Positions 38,562 to 47,965 of a stretch of DNA of 64,000 bases are shown piece after piece (the first letter of the stretch is position 1; each line of letters opens with the position of its first letter). Below the pieces are notes generated by a model. That model ran no database searches, was not told the DNA's origin, and saw nothing but the letters and a program-made list of their open reading frames with translations. A program made the translations under genes and the position numbers. This DNA is from Patescibacteria group bacterium. GTDB lineage: Bacteria; Patescibacteriota; JACPGU01. The stretch spans positions 11,628 through 75,627 of the forward strand of contig JAQULF010000002.1 in NCBI GenBank assembly GCA_028718745.1. Reading direction: 5' to 3'.

Positions 38562-39704
38562 ATGAATAAAGAAAATAAAATTTTGCGCATTGGCATTGAC
38601 GGCCGTGTTCTCCAAGACCCAAAACCGTCTGGAATTCCGCAATATGCCGCTAATGTCATAAAAGAAATTTTAAAATTAGATCAAAAAAACAGGTATGTAT
38701 TGTTTTATAATTCTTTCAGAAAGATAGAGCAAAATCTTCCGAAGTTTGAAGGAAATCTCGAGGTAAGAGTTTATCATTGGCCGAATAAATTCTTAGAATG
38801 GTTTTGGAAGATAATTCCTTACCCAAAAATAGATAAAGTTTTGAGAGTGGATGCATTCTTTTCGCCGCATTTTATAAACATTCCCCTGTCAAAAGAAGTA
38901 AAAAAAGCAGTCACTATTCACGACTTGTCTTTTATAAAAGATAAAAGATATTTTTCGTGGAGAAAAAATCTTTGGCATTGGCAAATGAATCCCAAAGTTG
39001 CCTGCAAAAACTTTGACAAAATAATAGCTGTTTCTGAAGCGACTAAGAAAGATATTTCCAATCTTTATAAAATAAATAAAAATAAAGTCGAGGTGGTTTA
39101 TAATGGCGAAAGAAAAATGATAGATTTTTTTGAAGAAGAAAAGAGCACTGCTATTTTGAACAAATTTAAGATAGCTAAAAAAAGATATCTTCTTTTTTTA
39201 GCTACACTAGAGCCGCGAAAAAATGTGGAGGGAATTATCGACGCATATGCTATGATAAATAATCAAATACCAGATCTCAAGCTTGTCATCGCCGGTAAAA
39301 AAGGCTGGCTTTTTAAAAATATTTTTAAGAAAGTAAAAAAATATAACCTAGAGCAAAAAATCATTTTTACTGATTTTGTAAATGAAGAAGAAAAATATAT
39401 CCTTTTTAAAAACGCCCACAGTTTTTTATTTCCCTCTTTTTGTGAAGGATTTGGCATTCCGATTCTAGAAGCAAAGAATCACTCTGTCCCCATAATTACT
39501 TCTTCCACTTCATCGATGCCGGAAATAATAAAGGATGCGGCTATTCTAGTAAACCCTCATAACATAAATGACTTGGCGCAAGCAATTCTAAAAATATCGA
39601 AAAGCGGCTTATTAAGATCGATTCTAAAAGATAAGGCTAGCCAAATTCCACAAAATAGCTGGCGGGACTGCGCCATCAAAACCCTCGACATTCTTCTATC
39701 CTAA
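38562..39704 (+). CDS. Glycosyltransferase family 4
   Basis: RIGIDGR, TIHDL, LEPRKN, EGFGIPILEA. Confidence 0.92.
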   Translation: MNKENKILRIGIDGRVLQDPKPSGIPQYAANVIKEILKLDQKNRYVLFYNSFRKIEQNLPKFEGNLEVRVYHWPNKFLEWFWKIIPYPKIDKVLRVDAFFSPHFINIPLSKEVKKAVTIHDLSFIKDKRYFSWRKNLWHWQMNPKVACKNFDKIIAVSEATKKDISNLYKINKNKVEVVYNGERKMIDFFEEEKSTAILNKFKIAKKRYLLFLATLEPRKNVEGIIDAYAMINNQIPDLKLVIAGKKGWLFKNIFKKVKKYNLEQKIIFTDFVNEEEKYILFKNAHSFLFPSFCEGFGIPILEAKNHSVPIITSSTSSMPEIIKDAAILVNPHNINDLAQAILKISKSGLLRSILKDKASQIPQNSWRDCAIKTLDILLS

Positions 39705-39736
39705 AAAACCTTTTTTTGTTCTATAATAAGAAGGAT

Positions 39737-41695
39737 ATGGAAGAAAAAGACTTTGATCAATTTCACTATCATCCCCAAATCAACAAGAACATTGATGGTA
39801 TTGTTTTGGTACCCAAAAAAAATAAAGCAAATACTCAAGCGATAAAGATAAAAGAAGCAGCGAAGGTGGCTTTTCAAAAAGTAAAGCCGACAAACAAAAC
39901 ATTGAGTATCGGCATTAGCTTATCTTTGATTTTTCTTTTTTCTATTCTACCGATTCGAATCTTAGAATCAGGGTCAAACATGAACGCAAAAGCAAAGGAA
40001 GGCTTCGATAAATTGGGAGATGTGTATCAGTCAATTCAAAACAATGACTACAAAAAAGCAAAATCCGATCTCTTAATAATCAGTAAAAACATAAAAGAAA
40101 TAAATGATGAATTAGACGATGTGGGACAAAAAAACATCGTTTTGCCCAGGTTCTCAATAATTAATGATAGCAGTATAAATGATGAACGATTCTTTGAGAT
40201 CGTTCTGTCTCTTTCCAAAATTGGCAATGACTTGATCGATGATTTAAACTTTGCTGAAAATATAAAAGTCTCTGCCCCGGATAACAATGAGAACGGCGCT
40301 CAACTATTTTTATATTTGAATAAAATAAATCGCGATCTAAAAAGCACAGGAAATGATTTTAATGCTCTCAAATTAAATGTTAGCAAAATTGATGATGAAA
40401 AGTTGAACGATAAAGAAAAGGGATATCTCGCATTAATCAAACAGAATATGGTTGGGCTAGAAAATTACTATGACTCGGCCATCACTCTAACTAACAATGC
40501 CGCCTCTCTTGTGGGTAAAGATTATGATAGAAAATACTTGATACTTTTTCAAAACAATACAGAGATCAGGGCTACTGGTGGGTTCATAGGGACTTATGGA
40601 GTTTTAACGATTAGAGACGGAGGAATAAAAAATATTTTCGTAGACAGCGTCTATAATCCCGACGGTCAAATCAGCAAAAAGATAGAGCCGCCGGAACCAC
40701 TGAAAAGAATTACGAAAAACTGGACAATGAGAGATGCAAATTGGTATCCAGATTTTCCGACATCCGCAAAAAACATTTCTAATTTCTACGAGATGGAGGG
40801 GGGGTTTACACCCGATGGAATAATTGCCTTTGACACCAAAACATTTACAGATCTGTTGGAAATAACCGGACCAATAAAGTTAGCAAGATACGATGTCGAG
40901 ATCAACAAAGACAATTTCGTATCAATCACTCAATTCAAAACGAGCATCGACTATGATTTGTCCCAAAATAATCCAAAAAAATTCTTGAGCGACTTTGCTC
41001 CCCTACTGCTAGAAAAACTATCCAGTTTGAATAAGGAGAATCAACAAAAAGTCATGGCCGTCTTGACTAATAATATTCTGGAAAAACATATTCAGTTTTA
41101 TTCCGCGGTTGAAGATATTCAAAATGCATTCGTTAATCTGGATATCGCCGGAAAAATAAAAGATAGTAATGGTAAAGATTACTTCGCCTACATAGATTCA
41201 AATATAGGAGGGTTCAAAACAAATGATAAGATAAAGGAATCTTTAACACATACCATAGAAATAGATAGGGATGGATTTCCGATACACGAAGTTCAAATAA
41301 CCAGAAAACACGAGGGTAGTTATGAGTGGCCCAGTGGGACAAATTATGCATATATGAGATTTTATCTTCCAAAAGGATCTTCGGTTTTAGCAGTAGAAGA
41401 TTTCAATAAAAACAGCAATATAAATACTGAAGTTAAAGATCCGGATATTTATGAAGAGAATGACAAAACGGTTATTGGTATGTGGCAAATTATAAATCCC
41501 GGGGAAGAAGTAATTTTAAAAATAAAATATAAATCATCAGCAAAAATAAGTTCTTCTTCATATAATCTTTTAATTCAAAAACAAGCCGGGATTATATCCC
41601 AAGAAACAACTATAAATCTTAATTATAAAAATAAAAATTACCAAGAAAATTTTAATTTAGTTCAAGACAAGGAGGTGGTAGTTAATCTTGAATAG
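39737..41695 (+). CDS. DUF4012 domain protein
   Basis: YLILFQNNTEIRATGGFIG, RDANWYPDFPTSA. Confidence 0.88.
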   Translation: MEEKDFDQFHYHPQINKNIDGIVLVPKKNKANTQAIKIKEAAKVAFQKVKPTNKTLSIGISLSLIFLFSILPIRILESGSNMNAKAKEGFDKLGDVYQSIQNNDYKKAKSDLLIISKNIKEINDELDDVGQKNIVLPRFSIINDSSINDERFFEIVLSLSKIGNDLIDDLNFAENIKVSAPDNNENGAQLFLYLNKINRDLKSTGNDFNALKLNVSKIDDEKLNDKEKGYLALIKQNMVGLENYYDSAITLTNNAASLVGKDYDRKYLILFQNNTEIRATGGFIGTYGVLTIRDGGIKNIFVDSVYNPDGQISKKIEPPEPLKRITKNWTMRDANWYPDFPTSAKNISNFYEMEGGFTPDGIIAFDTKTFTDLLEITGPIKLARYDVEINKDNFVSITQFKTSIDYDLSQNNPKKFLSDFAPLLLEKLSSLNKENQQKVMAVLTNNILEKHIQFYSAVEDIQNAFVNLDIAGKIKDSNGKDYFAYIDSNIGGFKTNDKIKESLTHTIEIDRDGFPIHEVQITRKHEGSYEWPSGTNYAYMRFYLPKGSSVLAVEDFNKNSNINTEVKDPDIYEENDKTVIGMWQIINPGEEVILKIKYKSSAKISSSSYNLLIQKQAGIISQETTINLNYKNKNYQENFNLVQDKEVVVNLE

Positions 41696-41819
41696 ATTAT
41701 TTTGGCTAAATATCTGAATTTATATCATGGCAAATCATTCTTTATTGCGTCTTTATAACTTGATGGAACCAGGTATTTTATGTTAAAATAAGTGTACTAA
41801 ATGAAATTTAAAGTCAATT

Positions 41820-43310
41820 ATGCCAATAGATATAAATTCTCGGCTAAGGAAAGTGGTTAAAAAAGTTTTTGTCGCTATTAATATCTCAATTAATAATTTT
41901 AGTAATATTTTAACCAAAAATCTATTAGCAAGCGTCCTTATTGGATTCATAAGTAGTTTTTTTGTTCTATTCGAAATCCTTAATTATTATCATTTCAATT
42001 TTCCTGTTTTAGATTTAGGAATGTACAATCGGCATATGTGGGGTTTAATAAGGTTTGATTTTGGCGCTAACCCACTAAAAGGATTCAATCTGCTTGGAGA
42101 TCACGCGCACTTTATCTTACTGTTTTTTGCCCCACTTTATTTTTTATTCCCCAGCCCCATTACCTTATTGGTTTTACAGGCATTATCAATCGGTTTGAGT
42201 GGCTGGCCTATTTACTTGATAGCTAATAAGTTTTTTAAGAATAAGTCGCTGGCTGCGATTTTTTTGTTGCCATATTATTGTTTTTTTGGATTTTGGGCAG
42301 CCATGGTTTTTCCATTTCATGTATCGGTCCTTGCCATTTTGCCACTTAGTTGGGCCTTATATTTTCTTTTAACAAAAAAATACCGTAAACTCGTTTATGC
42401 ATTAATAGTTTTAATCTTGATCAAGGAAGATATGCCCTTAGTTGTTTTCATGTTTGCGTTGTATTTAATAATTATAGACAGAAAAACAAAATTGGGCTTA
42501 ATATTGGCAGTGGTTAGTATTCCATATTTTCTTTTTGTTGTGAAGTTTTGGCTACCGTTTGTGAGCAAAATTCGTTATTATTACACAGACACCAGCCTGG
42601 GGATGGATTTTAAAGACATCATCATAATTATTTTTACAAAGCCCATTGCCTTCATTAAGGCTATGCTCATGCCATCAATGAAAATAAAAACTATTTTTTG
42701 TATGCTCTTATCATTTGGAGGATTCTCGCTTATTGGGTTGGAAATACTAATTTTATTATGTCCATTGTGGCTGGGCCGTTTTTTAAGCACCCAAGAATGG
42801 CGCTGGTCAATAATTCAACATTATTCCGCTAATCAAGGTCCTATACTTGCCGTTGCTGCTCTAGTTGGTGTACATCGTTTATCGTTTTTCTTAAAAAACA
42901 AAAAGGTAAAAACTTATTTTAATATTCTTTTTATAATCATTTGTCTAATTGGCAATGGTATATTTTATTATCATTTTAAACCCAAAGAATATTTGAAAAT
43001 CTTTAATAAAAACTTTTATACATTCGACAGCCACGAGAAAGAGCTGTTTAATATAATTAAGCAAATACCTTCTGAATCATCGGCTGGGGTACAATCAAGC
43101 TTTCCTCAATTGACCAGCCGACAAGAAGTTTATTTGTTGCCAATCGATTTTAGTAAAGTTAAACCGGATTTTTTATTATTTGACACACATAAAGATTTTT
43201 GGCCAATGAAAACAAAAGAAGATGTGATAAATCAAATTAAAATAGCAACCGATAATGGCTATTTGATAAAAAAACAAATTGACGATATATATTTATTACA
43301 AAAAGAATAA
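41820..43310 (+). CDS. DUF2079 membrane protein (GT-C-like)
   Basis: DLGMY, LLGDH, LLVLQAL, KED, many TMs. Confidence 0.8.
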   Translation: MPIDINSRLRKVVKKVFVAINISINNFSNILTKNLLASVLIGFISSFFVLFEILNYYHFNFPVLDLGMYNRHMWGLIRFDFGANPLKGFNLLGDHAHFILLFFAPLYFLFPSPITLLVLQALSIGLSGWPIYLIANKFFKNKSLAAIFLLPYYCFFGFWAAMVFPFHVSVLAILPLSWALYFLLTKKYRKLVYALIVLILIKEDMPLVVFMFALYLIIIDRKTKLGLILAVVSIPYFLFVVKFWLPFVSKIRYYYTDTSLGMDFKDIIIIIFTKPIAFIKAMLMPSMKIKTIFCMLLSFGGFSLIGLEILILLCPLWLGRFLSTQEWRWSIIQHYSANQGPILAVAALVGVHRLSFFLKNKKVKTYFNILFIIICLIGNGIFYYHFKPKEYLKIFNKNFYTFDSHEKELFNIIKQIPSESSAGVQSSFPQLTSRQEVYLLPIDFSKVKPDFLLFDTHKDFWPMKTKEDVINQIKIATDNGYLIKKQIDDIYLLQKE

Positions 43311-43311
43311 A

Positions 43312-43764
43312 ATGAATAACACACACAAACAAAAAACAGTTTTTCAAGTTATGAAATTTGCTCTCGTTGGAGCCATTAATACAATAATTGATCTTGGGGT
43401 TCTTAATCTTTTGATGTTTGTAAGCGGAATCTCCAGTGGTATTTTTTATTTAATTTTCAAAGCTACTTCTTTCACTTTAGCGGTTGCTAACAGTTATTTT
43501 ATGAATAAGTATTGGACTTTTAGATCAGAGGGAAAGATAAAGGGCAAAGAATTTTCCAAGTTTTTCTTGATAAGCATAGTCGGTTTTATTATCAATGTAG
43601 GTTCGGCATCAATCGTTGTTAATCTCATTCCCAATTTTTTGGGGGTTGCCCCGCAAATATGGGGGAACATCGGCGCTTTGGCCGGAACATTTCTAGGATT
43701 GGCATGGAATTTTTTGGGATACAAGTTTGTGGTATTTGAAAAAGTAAATTCTCAACAACTATAA
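43312..43764 (+). CDS. GtrA-family flippase
   Basis: KFALVGAINTIID, NKYWTF, WNFLGYKFVVF. Confidence 0.92.
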   Translation: MNNTHKQKTVFQVMKFALVGAINTIIDLGVLNLLMFVSGISSGIFYLIFKATSFTLAVANSYFMNKYWTFRSEGKIKGKEFSKFFLISIVGFIINVGSASIVVNLIPNFLGVAPQIWGNIGALAGTFLGLAWNFLGYKFVVFEKVNSQQL

Positions 43765-43782
43765 TAAATTTAAAAATTTAAC

Positions 43783-44574
43783 ATGGAAGCAGAAAACAGA
43801 AATCAACCGCATAACGACAAAAATAAGAGTGATAAAATTCGTCTCTCCGTCATCATTCCCGCCTATAATGAAGAAGAGAGAATAAAAGAAACCTTGCAGT
43901 CAATTGACGCATATTTAACAAAACAACCATATAATTATGAAATTATAATTATTGCTAATAATTGTACCGATAACACAGTTAAAGTAATTTCGGAATATCA
44001 AAAGATAATAAATCATCTAAAGTTATTCGATATCAAAATAGCTAAACCCGGAGGAGCAAAAGGCTGGGCCGTGAAAAGAGGAATGGAAGAAGCAAAAGGA
44101 GAATATAAACTTTTTATGGATGCAGACAATGCTACCAGGGTTGAGGAAATAGAAAATTTTTGGCCCTTTTTCAATAAAGGATGTAATGTGGTTATCGGCT
44201 CTAGACATATAAGGGGTTCTCACATTATAATTCCACAGCCATGGTACCGCCAAATTCTAGGAAGATCCGCCAACCTGCTTATACGAATGGTTTTACTTCC
44301 AAAAATTAAAGATACTCAATGCGGCTTCAAAGCCTTTAGCAGCAAAGCCGCTGATAAGATATTCGAAAAAATGACTATAGGCGGGTGGGGTTTTGATATG
44401 GAGGTCTTGGCTTTAGCCCGTTTTTGCGGTTTTAAAATTGCGGAGGTCCCAGTGAGGTGGTATGAAGCAGGAAAATCCCGTCTTCAACCGGCAAAAGTAG
44501 CTAAGGATACATTATGGGAATTGTTCAAAATAAAAAAGAATTTCTTAACAGGTCTTTATAAAACAAAAAAATAG
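43783..44574 (+). CDS. Polyprenol-phosphate glycosyltransferase (GT2, dolichyl-P glucosyltransferase-like)
   Basis: LSVIIPAYNEE, FMDAD, IGSR, DTQCGFK, FDMEVL. Confidence 0.92.
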   Translation: MEAENRNQPHNDKNKSDKIRLSVIIPAYNEEERIKETLQSIDAYLTKQPYNYEIIIIANNCTDNTVKVISEYQKIINHLKLFDIKIAKPGGAKGWAVKRGMEEAKGEYKLFMDADNATRVEEIENFWPFFNKGCNVVIGSRHIRGSHIIIPQPWYRQILGRSANLLIRMVLLPKIKDTQCGFKAFSSKAADKIFEKMTIGGWGFDMEVLALARFCGFKIAEVPVRWYEAGKSRLQPAKVAKDTLWELFKIKKNFLTGLYKTKK

Positions 44575-44824
44575 GATTGCTAATTTGCAATCTGAAATGA
44601 GGCGTATGCGATCAACCAGCTCTTTCTTTCTCAAGTTTTTCTTACTCCAGCGATCTCTTGTTGGCCTTTTTGGGAATGCCAATGATTGCTCATATTTTTA
44701 ATACTGTTATTTTTACTGCCATTAATCCACTTGACTTTTTAGCTTGCTTTTATAATTATTAGAATAGCAAAAAAGAAAAAATAAGTAAACATAGGTAAAT
44801 ATCCTTAAAGCAAAACATTATCAT

Positions 44825-44853
44825 TGACAAATGGGTAAATCTATGATACAATG
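44825..44853 (+). promoter_or_regulatory. Near-consensus sigma70 promoter
   Basis: TTGACA-17 bp-TACAAT with extended -10 TG. Confidence 0.8.
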
Positions 44854-44862
44854 TCCTAATTT

Positions 44863-45279
44863 ATGAAAAACCAAAATAAACAAAATTCAAAAGGAAAAAA
44901 GATTAAATACTTCCGAGTAAGGGAATGCAAAGGGAATATGTCAGATTTGATCTTTCGCAGAATATTTAACCTCCTATCATCCGGCGAGTTCGATATTGTG
45001 CTAACTAACAAGACTCATGGCGAAGCCGGCTATGTCGATTATGAAAACTACTCCATATATTTGAACCCAAAAGTATTCCCTGCCGAAGAAACCTTAATCC
45101 ATGAAGCCCTACATATCATAAAGCCGAATCTGGACGAAAAATCTATTATAGAAATGAGTTCACTAATGTTTGAGAGACTAAACGATAACAAAAGAGATAA
45201 ATTAATGGCCTATATCAAGGCTTTAGCTACTAAATATACAGGAGTTAATAAGAAGACTTTGAGCTGTTATTACAACTAA
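44863..45279 (+). CDS. Small HExxH zinc-metallopeptidase-like protein
   Basis: G.VDY....IYLNP...ETLIHEALH. Confidence 0.7.
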   Translation: MKNQNKQNSKGKKIKYFRVRECKGNMSDLIFRRIFNLLSSGEFDIVLTNKTHGEAGYVDYENYSIYLNPKVFPAEETLIHEALHIIKPNLDEKSIIEMSSLMFERLNDNKRDKLMAYIKALATKYTGVNKKTLSCYYN

Positions 45280-45297
45280 AATTAATAATCAAAAATA

Positions 45298-45324
45298 TTT
45301 ACCCCGCCTTGAGCGGGCTTTTTT
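45298..45324 (+). terminator. Terminator formed by a TTTACCCCG-type hairpin
   Basis: TTTACCCCGCCTTGAGCGGG followed by CTTTTTT. Confidence 0.65.
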
Positions 45325-45578
45325 GTGCAAATTTAAAAGGCGCCAGACTTAAGAAGTCAAAGCACTAACTTGTTTAAAAAGATAAGCAGTGCTTAGGCGC
45401 CTTTTGAAGGAGTGGCGCCCATACTCTATTTTAAAAAAAATTAAAGCATGATCGCCATGAGAGGGAAGAAGATTTACCGACCCTTTCTATTTTTGTTTTG
45501 CCCCAAGAAACTCTTCTTAAGGCTTGATGACTGACAGCTTGTTACCGTCAGTTATTTTTTTGCTTGCCCTTCGTAGCT

Positions 45579-45752
45579 TTATGCGAAGAAGGGATTTTTG
45601 TTTTTGTTTTTGAATTTTACTTCAAGGTACACATTTCTTTTCCTAAAGAGATCAGGAAAAGAATGAAAATTTTTGTTAGGATCAGTACATCCCGTCAAGA
45701 TTCCCGGCTTGATGGGAGCAAAGTATTCACAAGACCATACCCTTATGCTCAT
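45579..45752 (-). CDS. Small hypothetical protein (57 aa)
   Basis: ATG 45752 preceded by AGGAG; promoter upstream. Confidence 0.5.
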   Translation of the reverse strand: MSIRVWSCEYFAPIKPGILTGCTDPNKNFHSFPDLFRKRNVYLEVKFKNKNKNPFFA

Positions 45753-45814
45753 TTTGCTCCTATCAAATTCTGTTAATATGCGAATTTTCCAACCTTTTCT
45801 TTTTTGTGCATACA

Positions 45815-45843
45815 ATTCTACTATAAAAAAAGTGGTTTGTCAA
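45815..45843 (-). promoter_or_regulatory. Near-consensus sigma70 promoter
   Basis: TTGACA-17 bp-TAGAAT. Confidence 0.8.
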
Positions 45844-45907
45844 TGTTTTTTTCTTCATTTTTGAACCCTATTTTAGCCAAAAAAATGGATAATGATGCCT
45901 AATTAGC

Positions 45908-45933
45908 AAAAAAGAAGGCCGAATAGGCCTTCT
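45908..45933 (-). terminator. Terminator of the dnaX-dnaB operon
   Basis: AGAAGGCC-TATTC-GGCCTTCT followed by a T tract on the minus strand. Confidence 0.8.
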
Positions 45934-45938
45934 GAATA

Positions 45939-46592
45939 TTATTTATCCACAGCCCCATTTCTCTTCTGGTAACGCTTCTTAGACCTAGATTCTAATAGAA
46001 TAATAGAAAAAGTGATAAAAAACAGAATGGTAAAAGCAATAAATAAAACAAATAAAATAACTCTTATAATAAGATGAATTTTATCAATAATCGAATCAAA
46101 GAGATTCTTGCCCAAATCGGTATCAGCAATAAAAAGCATTATTAAGATGAGCAAGGCGCACCAGAATAGAAATCGATAAATCTTTTTTCTGTTTATAAAA
46201 AAAGGATGATAAAATCTCCAGAATCTTATCTTTAGAGATTGAAACTTTTTTTCATCGATAATGCCAAATAGGATATCTTCGATTGCTTTTTTATAATTAT
46301 CAACTATTTCTCTGGCTTCATAAGGATCATCCGATTCAAAGCCTGCTTTATTCTTGAAGAGCAGTGCTCTTTCTCTGCTTTTCAAAAAAGTTTCCGGAGT
46401 TGACACTTCTTTTAAGGCCAGCAATATTTTTTCCTCAATGCTTTTTGCTTTATAGCCCCTTGCTTCTACCGTTCTTATAAAAACATTCTCGGCTTCTATT
46501 ACCGCCAGCTTCATACCATCTGAATTATCTTTCTTAATATATTTATCAACTTCTTCCCATTCGGATTTTATTAATTTTGTTTTATCTATCAT
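45939..46592 (-). CDS. Hypothetical membrane protein
   Basis: W.......KLAVIEA motif and two C-terminal TMs. Confidence 0.7.
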   Translation of the reverse strand: MIDKTKLIKSEWEEVDKYIKKDNSDGMKLAVIEAENVFIRTVEARGYKAKSIEEKILLALKEVSTPETFLKSRERALLFKNKAGFESDDPYEAREIVDNYKKAIEDILFGIIDEKKFQSLKIRFWRFYHPFFINRKKIYRFLFWCALLILIMLFIADTDLGKNLFDSIIDKIHLIIRVILFVLFIAFTILFFITFSIILLESRSKKRYQKRNGAVDK

Positions 46593-46602
46593 ATGATCTT
46601 CT

Positions 46603-47961
46603 TTAACTTTCTGAATGTTTTTTATCCAAATTAGCAAAACGCATTTGCTCGCTTACAAAATAAAGCGAAAGATCCCCCGTCGGACCGTTTCTGTGCTTGC
46701 GAACCAATATTTCAGCAATATTTGGTTTATCAGTATCTTTATTATAACAATACTCCCGATAAACAAACATCACCACATCGGCATCTTGTTCTATTGAACC
46801 AGATTCTCGAAGATCTGACAAAAGGGGTCTTTTGTCCGGTCGAGCTTCCACAGCGCGAGAAAGTTGCGAAAGGGCTAGAACTGGAACATCCAATTCGCGC
46901 GCCAAACCCTTCAAGGACCTGGATATTTCCGATACCTCTTGAACACGATTTTCGATATTACCTCCCCCTCCCATTAGTTGCAAGTAATCAACGATTATGA
47001 GCCCTAGTCCGCTTTCTGATTTTAGTCTTCTGGCTTTGGCTCTCATCTCCATTATGCTAATATTTGCCGAATCATCTATAAATATAGGAGCCCTATTCAA
47101 AATATCCATAGCTTCGCCTATTTTGGGAAAGTCGTCTTCAGCTAGTTCTCCAGTTCGTAACTTCCAGGCATTAACGCGAGCAGCAGAAGAAATTAATCTA
47201 TCAACTAATTGATCTTTGCTCATTTCTAAAGAAAAGATAGCAACGGGAATATTAACATTGACAGCCGCATTTAAAGCAACATTCAAAGCCAAGCTGGTCT
47301 TTCCCATCGATGGACGCGCCGCTAGAATTACTAAATCACTTTTCTGCAATCCTCCTAAAATAAAATCTAAATCATCAAAACCGGTAGCTACTCCCCGTAA
47401 TTCACCTTTATTCTTATGTAGATAGTCTATACGCTCAAAAGTTTCCGCCAGCATATTTTTCAAAGGGATAAAACCTTGTTTCATAGTTTTCTGCGCAACT
47501 TTGAAAAGCAACTGTTCAGCTGAATCCAGAGTGATGTCAATTTTCTCATCTTCCTGATAACCCATAGCAGAAATTTCATGGGCAGTGGTAATGAGATCCC
47601 GTAATATCTTTTTTTCTTTAACTATATTGGCGTACTGAACTATATGTGAAGCGGTTGGAACACTGTTTACTATTCTGGATAAATAGGTTGCGCCCCCGAC
47701 GCTATCTAAAACTCCTCTTCTCTCCAATATCTCTGTGATGGTAACCAAATCGATAGGACTCTTCTCGGCAAACAAAGTCAGAACCGCATCATAAATTTCT
47801 TTATTCGCCGGACTGTAAAAATCTTCCGGATTAGTAACATCCATTATTTTGTAAAGCCCTTCAGTATTAATAAAAACAGAACCCAGCAAAGCTTCTTCAG
47901 CTTCCAGATTGTGAGGTAAAACTTTATCCATACTTTTTTGAACTTCTTTTCTTTTTGCCAT
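46603..47961 (-). CDS. dnaB: Replicative DNA helicase
   Basis: AARPSMGKT, FSLEM, VDYLQL, LSQLSR, LRESGSIEQDAD; no intein. Confidence 0.97.
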   Translation of the reverse strand: MAKRKEVQKSMDKVLPHNLEAEEALLGSVFINTEGLYKIMDVTNPEDFYSPANKEIYDAVLTLFAEKSPIDLVTITEILERRGVLDSVGGATYLSRIVNSVPTASHIVQYANIVKEKKILRDLITTAHEISAMGYQEDEKIDITLDSAEQLLFKVAQKTMKQGFIPLKNMLAETFERIDYLHKNKGELRGVATGFDDLDFILGGLQKSDLVILAARPSMGKTSLALNVALNAAVNVNIPVAIFSLEMSKDQLVDRLISSAARVNAWKLRTGELAEDDFPKIGEAMDILNRAPIFIDDSANISIMEMRAKARRLKSESGLGLIIVDYLQLMGGGGNIENRVQEVSEISRSLKGLARELDVPVLALSQLSRAVEARPDKRPLLSDLRESGSIEQDADVVMFVYREYCYNKDTDKPNIAEILVRKHRNGPTGDLSLYFVSEQMRFANLDKKHSES

Positions 47962-47965
47962 ATTT

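Noticed and set aside
44575-44723. Possible small RNA or ORF downstream of the GT2 gene
   Set aside because: Only very short ORFs and one small hairpin; no tmRNA, 6S or SRP signature recognised.
45753-45815. 78-aa version of the minus-strand ORF
   Set aside because: Its TTG start overlaps the -10 box, so it would not be in the transcript.
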